Assembly (NCBI GenBank): GCA_934090935.1
Contig: CAKOKD010000001.1
Coordinates: 98,571-162,570, forward strand
Origin: an uncultured Bacilli bacterium
GTDB lineage: Bacteria > Bacillota_I > Bacilli_A > RF39 > UBA660
Direction: 5' to 3'
Length of the DNA stretch: 64,000 bases
Position numbers and translations under genes: made by a program. Below the pieces are notes generated by a model. That model was not told where the DNA came from, searched no databases, and saw nothing but the letters and a program-made list of their open reading frames with translations. Positions 27,911 through 38,198 of this stretch are shown here, piece after piece. The first letter of the stretch is position 1; every line of letters begins with the position of its first letter.

Positions 27911-28954
27911 ATGAATAATTTTGGGAAAAGAGTGGAAACTGATAAAATTATTGATAATGATGGAATGTATTTAACATTAGAAGAATTTAAAAGTACTTTA
28001 GAATATATTGTAGGTTCAATGGTTCCTAATATATCTTCATTAACTGGAATTATGGCAAATAATGTTATGATGTTGTTTCCAGTTTCTATTTTGGAAGTCT
28101 TAAAGAAAAAAATTATTAATATGGAAAATATTGGTTTTTGTAATCTTGGGTTTGTTTATAAAGAAGCTGATGAGGAAGCAATAGTTTCACCAGATTTTGT
28201 TTTTTTGCAAACATTGGAACAAGTAAAAAAAGATCCTAAGCAAGTTGCTGTTTTGCATGATTCCTTAATGTGTAAAATAGGAAAAGATAATTTATCTAAC
28301 ATTGATTTTAAAAGAGTTTACGAAGAATTAAAAAAAGAAAAACGAACTAAATCAAAAGCAACAAAAGGTTTATATAGACTAGAATTTGATTATCCTATTG
28401 AATATTTAAGAGGTGTAGAAGTTTCTTATAAACTAGTTTCAGTGATTGATGAATTTATCTCAGATATTTTAGATTATTTTAGTTATGATTTTGATGAATA
28501 TAGTGATCCTGAATATTTAAAAGTAGAAGATAAAATAGACTCTATGTATCAAAAATGTTCTAAAGAAGATTATTATAAAACTCAAGAAAAAGCTTATGAT
28601 ATGAGAGATAAAGCAAAAGAAGAGGCTTTAGAAAGATATAAAAACAAACTTTTTACTAATCAAAAAATAGCTGTATCAGAACTAGTGAGATTGCTTATAG
28701 ATAAATTGAAATCTAATATTATAGGATATGATTATGAAGAAGCTTCAACTAGAAGAGGATATTTAACTGAACTAGGGTTAGATGAAGTACTTTATTATGC
28801 ACATCCTGCCGATAAACATGATTATGATAGAAGAACTTTCATGATTGAAAATCCATGTGGTCAAGATTATGATGAATATTATGTTGAAAGAGAAGAAAAC
28901 AAAAAAGAAAATAATGATGGAGAAATCACAGTTGTTAGAAAAATTTATATGTAG
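27911..28954 (+). CDS. Hypothetical cytoplasmic protein.
   Basis: The ORF has an RBS. I recognise no motifs. Confidence 0.4.
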   Translation: MNNFGKRVETDKIIDNDGMYLTLEEFKSTLEYIVGSMVPNISSLTGIMANNVMMLFPVSILEVLKKKIINMENIGFCNLGFVYKEADEEAIVSPDFVFLQTLEQVKKDPKQVAVLHDSLMCKIGKDNLSNIDFKRVYEELKKEKRTKSKATKGLYRLEFDYPIEYLRGVEVSYKLVSVIDEFISDILDYFSYDFDEYSDPEYLKVEDKIDSMYQKCSKEDYYKTQEKAYDMRDKAKEEALERYKNKLFTNQKIAVSELVRLLIDKLKSNIIGYDYEEASTRRGYLTELGLDEVLYYAHPADKHDYDRRTFMIENPCGQDYDEYYVEREENKKENNDGEITVVRKIYM

Positions 28955-28972
28955 ACAAAGTAAAAGTTTGGA

Positions 28973-29530
28973 TTAGTAACCCAAACTTTTATATTTTTTA
29001 TATAACTCTTGAAATCTATCAAAATGAACAATTTCTCTTTGACGTAAGAATAGAAGTGGTGCAATTACATCTTCATCAGTTGCAAGATCTATTAAATGTT
29101 CATAAGTGACTCTAGCTTTTTGTTCAGCTGCCATATCTTCAACTAAATCAGCTATCGGATCTCCAACAGATGCAAAATATGTTGCTGTAAAAGGAACTCC
29201 ATTAGAGTCAGTTGGATAAATACCTTTACCATGTTCAGTGTATAAAGTATCAAGTCCAGCTTCTTGCATTTCTTTTAAACTTGCATCTTTTGTAAGTTGA
29301 TATAACATTGTACAGATCATTTCGTTATGAGAAAATTCTTCTGTTGCAATTGTATTTAGTAAATTCTTACCTTCTTCAGTTGGCATAGAAAATTTTTGAG
29401 AAAAATATCTTAATGCAGCTGCAAGTTCACCATTTGCGCCACCAAATTGAGTAACAATATATTTTGCCATTTTTAAATCTTTTTTCTTAATATTGATTGG
29501 ATATGGCAATTTTTTATCATACTTAAACAT
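28973..29530 (-). CDS. cotJC: Manganese catalase family protein (CotJC-like).
   Basis: Di-Mn catalase/CotJC-like sequence (AAALRYFSQKFSMPTEEGKNLL..EEFSHNEMI). It is paired with a CotJB-like gene. Confidence 0.7.
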   Translation of the reverse strand: MFKYDKKLPYPINIKKKDLKMAKYIVTQFGGANGELAAALRYFSQKFSMPTEEGKNLLNTIATEEFSHNEMICTMLYQLTKDASLKEMQEAGLDTLYTEHGKGIYPTDSNGVPFTATYFASVGDPIADLVEDMAAEQKARVTYEHLIDLATDEDVIAPLLFLRQREIVHFDRFQELYKKYKSLGY

Positions 29531-29915
29531 TTTCACCCTCCCATGGCCAAGGATTAGAATTGTATGTATATTTACCAAAAGTATCATGACATACCTCTAA
29601 AACTTGATATTTCTTTTCATATTCTTCTAAGCATTTTTGATACATCAAAGAATATTTTGTAAACATTTCATATTTTTCTTTGCAATCGGGATTAAGTGCA
29701 AGGTATAGATTTAGATCATTTATAGCAAAATCTAACATCATTATTTTTATAAGAAGAGCTTCTCTTTCATTTTTCACTGTTATCTTTGCTGGTTTATAAT
29801 CTTTATATCCGATATATTCATTTTTAAATAGATTACCTTTTACAAATCCTTCATCGATTTCAAATGTTTCATCTGATTTATTATCATAGATGTTTGTATT
29901 AAATTCAAATAACAT
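29523..29915 (-). CDS. cotJB: Spore coat protein CotJB-like.
   Basis: DLNLYLALNPD and a C-terminal NPWPWEGE, as in CotJB. Confidence 0.65.
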   Translation of the reverse strand: MLFEFNTNIYDNKSDETFEIDEGFVKGNLFKNEYIGYKDYKPAKITVKNEREALLIKIMMLDFAINDLNLYLALNPDCKEKYEMFTKYSLMYQKCLEEYEKKYQVLEVCHDTFGKYTYNSNPWPWEGENV

Positions 29916-29989
29916 AATTAAACCTCCAAGATATAATATGCAAAACTAATAAAAAGGTAATATTTACTCATAATAAAATAGGTGATATT

Positions 29990-30475
29990 ATGCTTATTTT
30001 ATGTTTTAAAATATTTTTATCAAGAATTTTAGATGTTAGTCTTTCAAGTGTTAGAACGATGTTTGTAGTTAAATGCAATAAAATTATGGCATCTCTTATT
30101 GCATTTGTAGAAATATTTATTTGGTTTTATGCAGCTAAAGAAGCACTTGTTTCTAATAGCACTTCTCTTTGTATTGTTGTATCTTATGCGCTTGGATATG
30201 CAACAGGTACTTTTATTGGGACGCTTATCAATGAAAAATTTATAAGTGGAATTTATTCTTTGAAAGTGAGTTTAAATGGAGTTACTGCAGGAAAATTAAA
30301 AAAATTAAATTCAATTTGTTTAGATGTTGTAAATTTAAAGGGTGAAAATAAGGATATATTATTTTTAGAGGTTGATAAAAAGAATTATAAAGAACTAATT
30401 GATAACATTTATAAGATAGATAAATCTGCTTCAATAGTTATAAATGATGCTAAATTTATAAGAGGTGAAAAATGA
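29990..30475 (+). CDS. Small membrane protein, possibly of the DUF2179/YitT-like family.
   Basis: Two or three N-terminal helices plus a soluble C-terminal domain. Confidence 0.35.
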   Translation: MLILCFKIFLSRILDVSLSSVRTMFVVKCNKIMASLIAFVEIFIWFYAAKEALVSNSTSLCIVVSYALGYATGTFIGTLINEKFISGIYSLKVSLNGVTAGKLKKLNSICLDVVNLKGENKDILFLEVDKKNYKELIDNIYKIDKSASIVINDAKFIRGEK

Positions 30476-30765
30476 TTAAATACACTTTATATATCGGGTT
30501 AAATGATCGCGACACTGAAGTTTCTTTGGATATAAATAAATCAATTAAAACTATAAATGAATATTTTAAAGATTATAAATATACTTATTTTATTGCAAGT
30601 GGTATGAGTACATCTTTAGAGCATACTTTAATTTATATACTTCTTGATATAGATGAAGTTATTTTAAAAAATATTGTTGATAAGATTTTAATCGTGTTAA
30701 ATCAAGAGTCAATCTGTATTGAAAAGAGTAATGTTTATTGTGAATTTATAAAAAATAAATTATAA
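30472..30765 (+). CDS. Hypothetical small protein.
   Basis: The ATGA start overlaps the upstream stop. Confidence 0.35.
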   Translation: MIKYTLYIGLNDRDTEVSLDINKSIKTINEYFKDYKYTYFIASGMSTSLEHTLIYILLDIDEVILKNIVDKILIVLNQESICIEKSNVYCEFIKNKL

Positions 30766-30774
30766 TTTTATTGG

Positions 30775-31878
30775 GTGATAAATGTGAAATATGATTATTT
30801 AATTGTTGGTGCGGGTCTTTTTGGAGCAACTGTTGCTTATAGACTTAATAAAATGGGTAAAAAGGTGTTAGTTATTGATAAAAGAGATCATATAGCTGGA
30901 AATGTATATACGGAAAATATTGAAGGAATTAATGTTCATAAGTATGGGGCGCATATATTTCATACAGATTATAAAGATGTATGGGATTTTGTAAATTCTT
31001 TTGTAGAGTTTAATAGATATACAAATTCTCCAATAGCTAGATATAAAGACGAAGTTTATAATATGCCTTTTAATATGAATACGTTTGCTAAAATATGGGA
31101 TGATGTATTTACCCCAATGGATGCAATAAAGCATATTGAAGAAGAAAGAAAAGAAATGGATGGATGCGAGATTACTAATCTTGAAGAACAAGCTATCTCT
31201 TTAGTAGGTAGAACAATTTATGAAAAGTTAGTAAAAGGATATACTGAAAAGCAATGGAATCGTGATTGTAAGCTTTTACCTCCTTCAATTATTAAAAGAC
31301 TTCCAGTAAGATTTCTATATGATAATAACTATTTTAATGATCGTTTTCAAGGTATTCCAATAGGTGGTTATACTCTTTTAGTAGAACGTATGCTTAAAGG
31401 TGTAGAAGTTAGACTTAATACAGATTTTTTTGATAAAAAAGAAGAGTATATGAGTATGGCAAAAAAGGTTATTTATACTGGTCGACTTGATGAATTTTAT
31501 AATTATTCTTTAGGACGTTTGGAATATAGATCTTTAAAATTTGAAACTAAAATATTGGATGTTGATAATTTTCAAGGAAATGCTGTTGTTAATTATACTG
31601 GTAGAGAAGTTCCTTATACGAGAGTTATTGAACATAAACACTTTGAGTTTAATAATTCAGCTAAGACAGTCGTTACATACGAATATCCAAGTGACATGTT
31701 AGAAGGTATGGAACCTTTTTATACGGTTAATGATGAAAAGAATAATCAACTTGCATTAGAGTATAGAAATCTTGCTTCCATTGAAGATAAAGTTATCTTT
31801 GGAGGAAGACTTGGAGATTATAAATATTATGATATGGATGATGTAATCAAAAATGCATTGGATTTAAAATTAGAGTAA
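30775..31878 (+). CDS. glf: UDP-galactopyranose mutase.
   Basis: FAD-binding YDYLIVGAGLFGATVA, DHIAGN, and C-terminal GRLGDYKYYDMDDVI typical of UGM. Confidence 0.9.
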   Translation: MINVKYDYLIVGAGLFGATVAYRLNKMGKKVLVIDKRDHIAGNVYTENIEGINVHKYGAHIFHTDYKDVWDFVNSFVEFNRYTNSPIARYKDEVYNMPFNMNTFAKIWDDVFTPMDAIKHIEEERKEMDGCEITNLEEQAISLVGRTIYEKLVKGYTEKQWNRDCKLLPPSIIKRLPVRFLYDNNYFNDRFQGIPIGGYTLLVERMLKGVEVRLNTDFFDKKEEYMSMAKKVIYTGRLDEFYNYSLGRLEYRSLKFETKILDVDNFQGNAVVNYTGREVPYTRVIEHKHFEFNNSAKTVVTYEYPSDMLEGMEPFYTVNDEKNNQLALEYRNLASIEDKVIFGGRLGDYKYYDMDDVIKNALDLKLE

Positions 31879-31982
31879 AATATTTACTCTTTTTTGATGT
31901 CTATTTTTTGTAAATGTCGTGTGAAGACGTTGACAAAATCGGGGGGGGTATTATAGACTGAGAATAGTTAGGTAGGGATAAT

Positions 31983-32420
31983 ATGAATATTGAATTTAGA
32001 ATCGCGACACTTGAAGATGTTGAAAAAATAATTGATCTTTGTAATGAATGTTTTAATGAATCAACATCTTACTCGTTTGCAAAACAAAGCTTTGAAAAAA
32101 CTTTAAATGATGAAAATCAAATCTATATAAATGGATATGTAAATGGTTTACTTGTTTCTCATGTAAAAGTAACAATTATTCCAACAATGTATGAAGGAAT
32201 GGAAACTTATGCAATATTAAACCATGTATGCGTAAAACCAGAATATCGTAGACATGATATAGCAACTCATATGCTTGATTATGTTAAACAAATAGCTAAG
32301 GAAAGAAATTGTATAGCTTTAGAATTATGGAGTAAAAATTTTAGAGAAGCGGCTCATGCTTGCTATAAAAACTATGGATTTGAAGTTGTTGATGCAAAAT
32401 TCTTTTCAAAAAGTATTTAG
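31983..32420 (+). CDS. GNAT family N-acetyltransferase.
   Basis: 145 aa with the acetyl-CoA-binding-like motif HVCVKPEYRRHDIATHML. Confidence 0.7.
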   Translation: MNIEFRIATLEDVEKIIDLCNECFNESTSYSFAKQSFEKTLNDENQIYINGYVNGLLVSHVKVTIIPTMYEGMETYAILNHVCVKPEYRRHDIATHMLDYVKQIAKERNCIALELWSKNFREAAHACYKNYGFEVVDAKFFSKSI

Positions 32421-32429
32421 AGGTATGTT

Positions 32430-33623
32430 ATGAAAGTTAGTAATGCGTATGTAGGTGGTTGGTTTCAAAGAACAATGTTACAACTATCTGAAATTTATGA
32501 TTTTTTAAGAGAGACAAAAACTAAACTTGCACTTGATCACGATAAATTGGTTGAATATCGTAAAAATTTGCAAATAGGAAGAATCGATTATGGTGTTCAA
32601 GGAGAGGAATATATTGAATTCACAACATCAGTAAATATAAAGGTTAAAATATTTGAAGATGGTTTAATTATTTTGAATAATCAAAACGTAAGCGAGGATA
32701 CTTTATTTGCTGATATAGATGCTTTAGCTGATTATTATGAGAACAAATTATCTCCAGCTTTCAGTTATTTATTTAGTTTAGGTGCACCAGTTCCAAAAGA
32801 ACTTGCTCATATTGAAACTGTATATCCATATTTTGTTGTAACTGAAAATGCAACTAAAGATGATATGAACACTTTATTAACAAGAACTGATAAACAAAAA
32901 TATTTTGAGTTTGATAATGAAAAATATGATGTTATCAGAGGAGATGTTTATTATTTTATTAATAATAAGAAATCTAAATTGGAAAATATTGAAAGATATA
33001 TTGAAGAGCAAATATTCATAAGAGAATTTAAAGGTCAATTACATAGATATTTAAATCTTCATAGAATTATTTGGGAGAAAATTGATAATGTTAAGGAAAG
33101 AGCAAGCGTAAAGGGAGCCGATATTTTAGCTTTCAATACTAAACTTGATTCGTATGCTAAGACAATAACATTGATTGAAGGACGTATTAACCAAATGAGT
33201 TCATATCTTTCTACTCGTGAAAAAATTGCTAAGAATGATAAAGAACTTGTTGAGTTCTTAAATATATCTGGATATAGATATGAAACATTAAAGGATACAC
33301 TTGACTATATCAAACAATTATGGAATATGACTAAAAATTATGTATCATCTGCTCAAAAATTGTTTAGTGGATTAAAAAGTGATGTTAGCAACAAATCTAT
33401 TAATAGTTTAACATTGGTAACTAGTATGAGTGCTGGTACATCTGTAATTGGATTACTTACAAAATCTGAACCTAAATTTACTATATTTGGAATTAAATAC
33501 TTCTTTATTTTAGCAATAATTGTATTTACGATGAATAAAGGACTTAAGTATGTACAATCCAAGAGAAGATATAGGATAAACGATTCTGGATTGGATAAAG
33601 ATATTAAGTTTGATGATAAATAA
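32430..33623 (+). CDS. Hypothetical protein with a C-terminal TM helix. It is coupled to the downstream ABC exporter.
   Basis: Its stop TAA overlaps the next ATG (TAATG). Confidence 0.4.
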   Translation: MKVSNAYVGGWFQRTMLQLSEIYDFLRETKTKLALDHDKLVEYRKNLQIGRIDYGVQGEEYIEFTTSVNIKVKIFEDGLIILNNQNVSEDTLFADIDALADYYENKLSPAFSYLFSLGAPVPKELAHIETVYPYFVVTENATKDDMNTLLTRTDKQKYFEFDNEKYDVIRGDVYYFINNKKSKLENIERYIEEQIFIREFKGQLHRYLNLHRIIWEKIDNVKERASVKGADILAFNTKLDSYAKTITLIEGRINQMSSYLSTREKIAKNDKELVEFLNISGYRYETLKDTLDYIKQLWNMTKNYVSSAQKLFSGLKSDVSNKSINSLTLVTSMSAGTSVIGLLTKSEPKFTIFGIKYFFILAIIVFTMNKGLKYVQSKRRYRINDSGLDKDIKFDDK

Positions 33624-35356
33624 TGAAAAGATATTTTGATTCTGTAAAAAAATTATTTGAAATAGCTAAAGGTAAAAGATTTGTTGTTATACAAATGTTT
33701 ATAAGTTGTGGACTTTATAATCTTTGTACTCTTTTACCTCCAATAGCTACATCAGGAATTATTGCTGTTATAAGTGATGGTAATTTTAGGGGAATTTGGA
33801 TTTATGTTTTGATGTATATAATATTTTATATAATGTATTTTTCATTTTTAAGATGGAATTCAGTTACATATACTAAACTTGCTGATTATTATCATATGGA
33901 AGTACAAAAACAATTATTTGATCATATTTCTAATAATGATTCTATATTTTCAAAAATATCAAAGGGTAAAATCGTTGATACCTGTAGTGATGATATCAGA
34001 TATTTAGTTGACATTGTTAATGCTGCAAGTGAAGCTTTAATGCGTATAATTCAAATCGTAATTATATGTGTTATATTCATGTATTATAATATTTATATCG
34101 GTCTATTCGTTGTATTAATTGATGTAATATACGTTAAGCTAATGAATAACAATTCTAAACGAGTTTCTAAATATTATGAAGGTACAAGAAAATATGAGGA
34201 TAAAATAATTGATACATTAAATCAAATGTTAGTAAGTATTAAGCAAATAAAATCATTAAATATTATGCCAAATATCAATAAAAACTTGGATAAATCAAGA
34301 AAAAAATGGCGTGATGAATATTATAATAAAAGAAAACACCTATATATTAGATCATGTGTAATACCATATCTTGTATATGTTGTTAAAATAGCTCTTTACA
34401 TTGTACTTGCTTATTTAGTTGTAAATGGAGTAATGAGTATAGATAAACTTGTTTTATTGATTGGATACTTTGAATTAATTGTTACATGTACAGATAAACT
34501 CCTTTCTTATCTTCTGGAGCTTAGTAATTATGAAGTAAGAGTTAATAGAATAAAAACAATCCTTGATTATAAGGATGGAAGTGAAGCAGAATTTGGAGAT
34601 ATTGATAATGACTATATAAATGGTCTTGTTACATTTGAAAATGTTTCTTATGATATCAAGGGTAAACCAATTTTAAATAAAGTTTCATTTAAGGCTTATC
34701 CAAATGAAATCACTACAATTGTTGGACATTCTGGAAGTGGAAAAACGACAATTATTAATCTATTATATAGACTTGCAAGAATTAATAAAGGTTCAATTTA
34801 TATTGATAATGAGAATATATATAGTTATACAAAGAAGATTTATGCTTCTAATGTATCAGGAGTGTTTCAAAAATCATTTGTTTTTAACATGAGTATTCGT
34901 GAAAATTTAGGTTTAGTGGATAACAATTTGGAGCATCAAATTGATGCTTGTAAAAGAGTAGGTATTCATGATTATATTTCTAAATTACCTAAGGGATATA
35001 ATACAATTATTAATGAAGAAAGCCATTTGTTTACTGAAGGTCAAATACAACTTCTAGCTATTGCTCGTGCTTTGTTAACGAAAGCAGAAATATTATTATT
35101 TGATGAGGTAACAAGTAATATTGATCAAGCATATACAAGTGAAATTGGTCTTGTTTTAAGAGATTTAAAAACTGATCATACTTTACTTATGATTACTCAT
35201 AAACCAGAGATGATGGAACTTGCTGATAAGATAATTGTTTTAGATAAAGGTAAAATTATCTGTAAAGGTAAAAATGATGATGTATATGAAAAATGTGCAT
35301 TATATCGTGATTTACGAAACAGAACATTTGCTAGTATCAGTAAAAATGATGATTAA
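33623..35356 (+). CDS. ABC exporter, fused permease-ATPase.
   Basis: GHSGSGKTT, FTEGQIQ signature-like, LLFDE. Confidence 0.8.
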   Translation: MKRYFDSVKKLFEIAKGKRFVVIQMFISCGLYNLCTLLPPIATSGIIAVISDGNFRGIWIYVLMYIIFYIMYFSFLRWNSVTYTKLADYYHMEVQKQLFDHISNNDSIFSKISKGKIVDTCSDDIRYLVDIVNAASEALMRIIQIVIICVIFMYYNIYIGLFVVLIDVIYVKLMNNNSKRVSKYYEGTRKYEDKIIDTLNQMLVSIKQIKSLNIMPNINKNLDKSRKKWRDEYYNKRKHLYIRSCVIPYLVYVVKIALYIVLAYLVVNGVMSIDKLVLLIGYFELIVTCTDKLLSYLLELSNYEVRVNRIKTILDYKDGSEAEFGDIDNDYINGLVTFENVSYDIKGKPILNKVSFKAYPNEITTIVGHSGSGKTTIINLLYRLARINKGSIYIDNENIYSYTKKIYASNVSGVFQKSFVFNMSIRENLGLVDNNLEHQIDACKRVGIHDYISKLPKGYNTIINEESHLFTEGQIQLLAIARALLTKAEILLFDEVTSNIDQAYTSEIGLVLRDLKTDHTLLMITHKPEMMELADKIIVLDKGKIICKGKNDDVYEKCALYRDLRNRTFASISKNDD

Positions 35357-35418
35357 GAGTTTTTTAACTCTTTTTTGTTTGCTTAGATACTTAAAAGATA
35401 GTATACTAAACTTATGAA

Positions 35419-37263
35419 TTGGGTGAAAACATGAAAAGGACTTTAAAAAACATCGGTTTTTCAATATGTGCAGCATTTTCTTTATTTATTAGCATTGCTT
35501 CATTTAAAAGTTTAGATTTAAATAAATTAAGTCTTCTTTATAAAACTAATGTTTTTGGAATGATGATCATATTTGCCTTAGTTATAAGAGTTTTATCCAA
35601 AGATAATGTAAATATCTCTAAGTCAAAGAAAATCTTAAGTTTTTTGTTTACATGTTTTATGATTATTGGAGAGTGTGCATCAAGTACAGGTAATATAATG
35701 CTTATATTTAATAATCCAGCAACAATAGCTATAACTTTATTGAAGTCAATTGGTTATTATACTATTTTTAAGATATGTTTTTATTATTTAGATTTATTTT
35801 TAAATAGTTTTAAAAATAAAGAGATGAAAGTTAAAAACACGAAATTATCTAAATTTTTTGTGTTTTTTGAAGAAAAGCCATTTCTTTCATCCTTTATAGT
35901 AATTCTTTTGTTTTTTAGCATTTATATTATAGCTTTTTATCCAATTGTATTATCTCCAGATCCATCGAATCAAATACTTCAATATTATAATGTTAGAACT
36001 AAATATGTTGATTGGGCAATACTTAGAAATGAAAATGTATTTATGACTAATCATCATCCTGTAATGCAAACATTTTTAATCGGTTGGTGCATTGATTTTG
36101 GTAGAATGGTTTTAAATGATAATTTTGGATTATTTATTTATACGATGATTCAAACTCTTATCTATGTATCTACACTTGCATATACAATTAAGTTTTTAAA
36201 GAATAATGGAGTATCTTTAAAATTAAGATTTGTCCTTTTAATTATATATTCTTTAGTACCTCATTATGCGTTTTATACGGTTTCTGCTGTTAAAGATACC
36301 TTGTATACAGCGTTTATGATATGGCTTATTTTGTTTATGCTTGACGTTGTTAGAAACTATAAAGATAAAAGTATTGATTTTAAATATATATTGTTCATAA
36401 CTTTGATGGTTGTTTTGATGAGTTTGATGAGACATAATGGATTATATATTGCGGTAATTTCCTTTATTGCTTTGATGATCTTTAGTAGAAAAAATGCTTT
36501 TAAATTATTTTTATCATTATTCTTATTTACGGGAATAGTTGTTGGTTTTAATAAAGTACTTGTTCCATATTTAGGTATAGCTGATGCAAGTATCAGAGAA
36601 ACTTTATCAGTACCTTTTCAACAAACCGCTAGACTTGCAAAATATCATGATGAAGGAGTAAGTGAAGAAGATAAGAAAATAATTGCTAAAGTTTTAAACT
36701 ACGATACTTTAGCAAGCAGATATAATCCAAGGCTTGCAGATAATGTAAAAAATGAATATAATAAATATACAACAAAAGAAGAATTAAAAGATTATTTTAA
36801 AGTTTGGTTTAAGTATTTGCTTAAATATCCAATCACTTATATCAATGCAACTATAGATAATACATATGGTTATATTTATCCAAATCAACATTATTGGTAT
36901 GTATATGATACATATGATAAAAGAGTGGTTAAGGCTAATGTTGTTGATTATCACTTCAATAAGTCTACTAAGTTTTTAAGGAATTCTCTTGTTTTCTATG
37001 AAAGTGTATTCCCTTATTTACCGGGTATAGGTTTAATTAGTTCAATTGGTTTTTCAACATGGATAGTTCTTATTTTAAGTATTTATGTAAAGAAAAAGAA
37101 ATATTTAATTGCATATATTCCACTTTATTTATCTATTCTTATTTGCTTTATATCACCAGCAAATACATATTTTAGATATGCAATGCCGTATATGTTTATA
37201 TTACCAACATTAATAATTTTAAATATTCAAGAGTATAGGAGTGAAAAAAATGAAAAAAAATGA
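35419..37263 (+). CDS. Large polytopic membrane protein, putatively a glycan-handling membrane partner of the GT2 (GtrC/YfhO-like role).
   Basis: More than 12 TM helices. It is adjacent to and overlaps the GT2 gene. Confidence 0.4.
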   Translation: MGENMKRTLKNIGFSICAAFSLFISIASFKSLDLNKLSLLYKTNVFGMMIIFALVIRVLSKDNVNISKSKKILSFLFTCFMIIGECASSTGNIMLIFNNPATIAITLLKSIGYYTIFKICFYYLDLFLNSFKNKEMKVKNTKLSKFFVFFEEKPFLSSFIVILLFFSIYIIAFYPIVLSPDPSNQILQYYNVRTKYVDWAILRNENVFMTNHHPVMQTFLIGWCIDFGRMVLNDNFGLFIYTMIQTLIYVSTLAYTIKFLKNNGVSLKLRFVLLIIYSLVPHYAFYTVSAVKDTLYTAFMIWLILFMLDVVRNYKDKSIDFKYILFITLMVVLMSLMRHNGLYIAVISFIALMIFSRKNAFKLFLSLFLFTGIVVGFNKVLVPYLGIADASIRETLSVPFQQTARLAKYHDEGVSEEDKKIIAKVLNYDTLASRYNPRLADNVKNEYNKYTTKEELKDYFKVWFKYLLKYPITYINATIDNTYGYIYPNQHYWYVYDTYDKRVVKANVVDYHFNKSTKFLRNSLVFYESVFPYLPGIGLISSIGFSTWIVLILSIYVKKKKYLIAYIPLYLSILICFISPANTYFRYAMPYMFILPTLIILNIQEYRSEKNEKK

Positions 37264-38182
37264 AGAAAAGAAAATTGCTGTATTAATACCATGCTATAAT
37301 GAGGCAAAGACGATTAAAAAGGTTGTAAAAGATTATAAAAAAGCTTTACCTGAGGCAACTATATATGTTTATGACAATAATTCAAGTGATGGAACAGATG
37401 AAATTGCAAGAGATGCTGGAGCTGAAGTTGTTTATGAATATCGCCAAGGTAAAGGTAATGTTATTAGAAGTATGTTTAGAGATATCGATGCTGATTGTTA
37501 TTTGATGATCGATGGAGATGATACGTATCCAGCAGAAAATGCTCGTGAAATGTGTGATTTAGTTTTAAATGGACGTGCTGATATGGTTATTGGAGATAGA
37601 CTTTCAAGCACATATTTTGAAGAGAACAAAAGACCATTTCATAACTTTGGAAACAGAATCGTAAGATTCTTAATCAATAAAATATTTAAAAATAATGTTA
37701 AAGATGTAATGACTGGATATCGAGCATTCTCATATGACTTTGTTAAGAACTTCCCAGTTTTATCTAAAGGATTTGAAATAGAAACTGAAATGACGATTCA
37801 TGCTGTAGATAAAAATTTTAAATTAGTCGAGATTCCTGTTCAATATCGTGATAGACCAGAAGGAAGTGTATCCAAACTTAATACTTATTCAGACGGTTTA
37901 AAAGTTCTTAAAACAATCGGTACTTTGTTTAAAGAGTATCGTCCTGCATTATTTTTTGATATATTTGCAATTCTTTTCTTTATTATTGGAGTCATTTTAG
38001 CAGTTCCAGTATTTATTGAATATTTTAAAACAGGTTTGGTATTAAAATTTCCAAGTTTAATATTTTCATGTTTCTTGATTACTTTAGCTCTTCTTTTATG
38101 GATTGCTGGTGTGATTCTACAAGTAATGGTGAAAAAAGATAAGCAAATGTATGAGCTTATGTTTATTAAAAATAAAAAATAG
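37241..38182 (+). CDS. Glycosyltransferase family 2, GtrB/CsbB-like bactoprenol sugar transferase with C-terminal TMs.
   Basis: VLIPCYNEA, YVYDNNSSDGT, IDGDDTYP and two C-terminal helices. Confidence 0.8.
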   Translation: MKKMKKNEEKKIAVLIPCYNEAKTIKKVVKDYKKALPEATIYVYDNNSSDGTDEIARDAGAEVVYEYRQGKGNVIRSMFRDIDADCYLMIDGDDTYPAENAREMCDLVLNGRADMVIGDRLSSTYFEENKRPFHNFGNRIVRFLINKIFKNNVKDVMTGYRAFSYDFVKNFPVLSKGFEIETEMTIHAVDKNFKLVEIPVQYRDRPEGSVSKLNTYSDGLKVLKTIGTLFKEYRPALFFDIFAILFFIIGVILAVPVFIEYFKTGLVLKFPSLIFSCFLITLALLLWIAGVILQVMVKKDKQMYELMFIKNKK

Positions 38183-38198
38183 TTCGTTTGAACTATTT

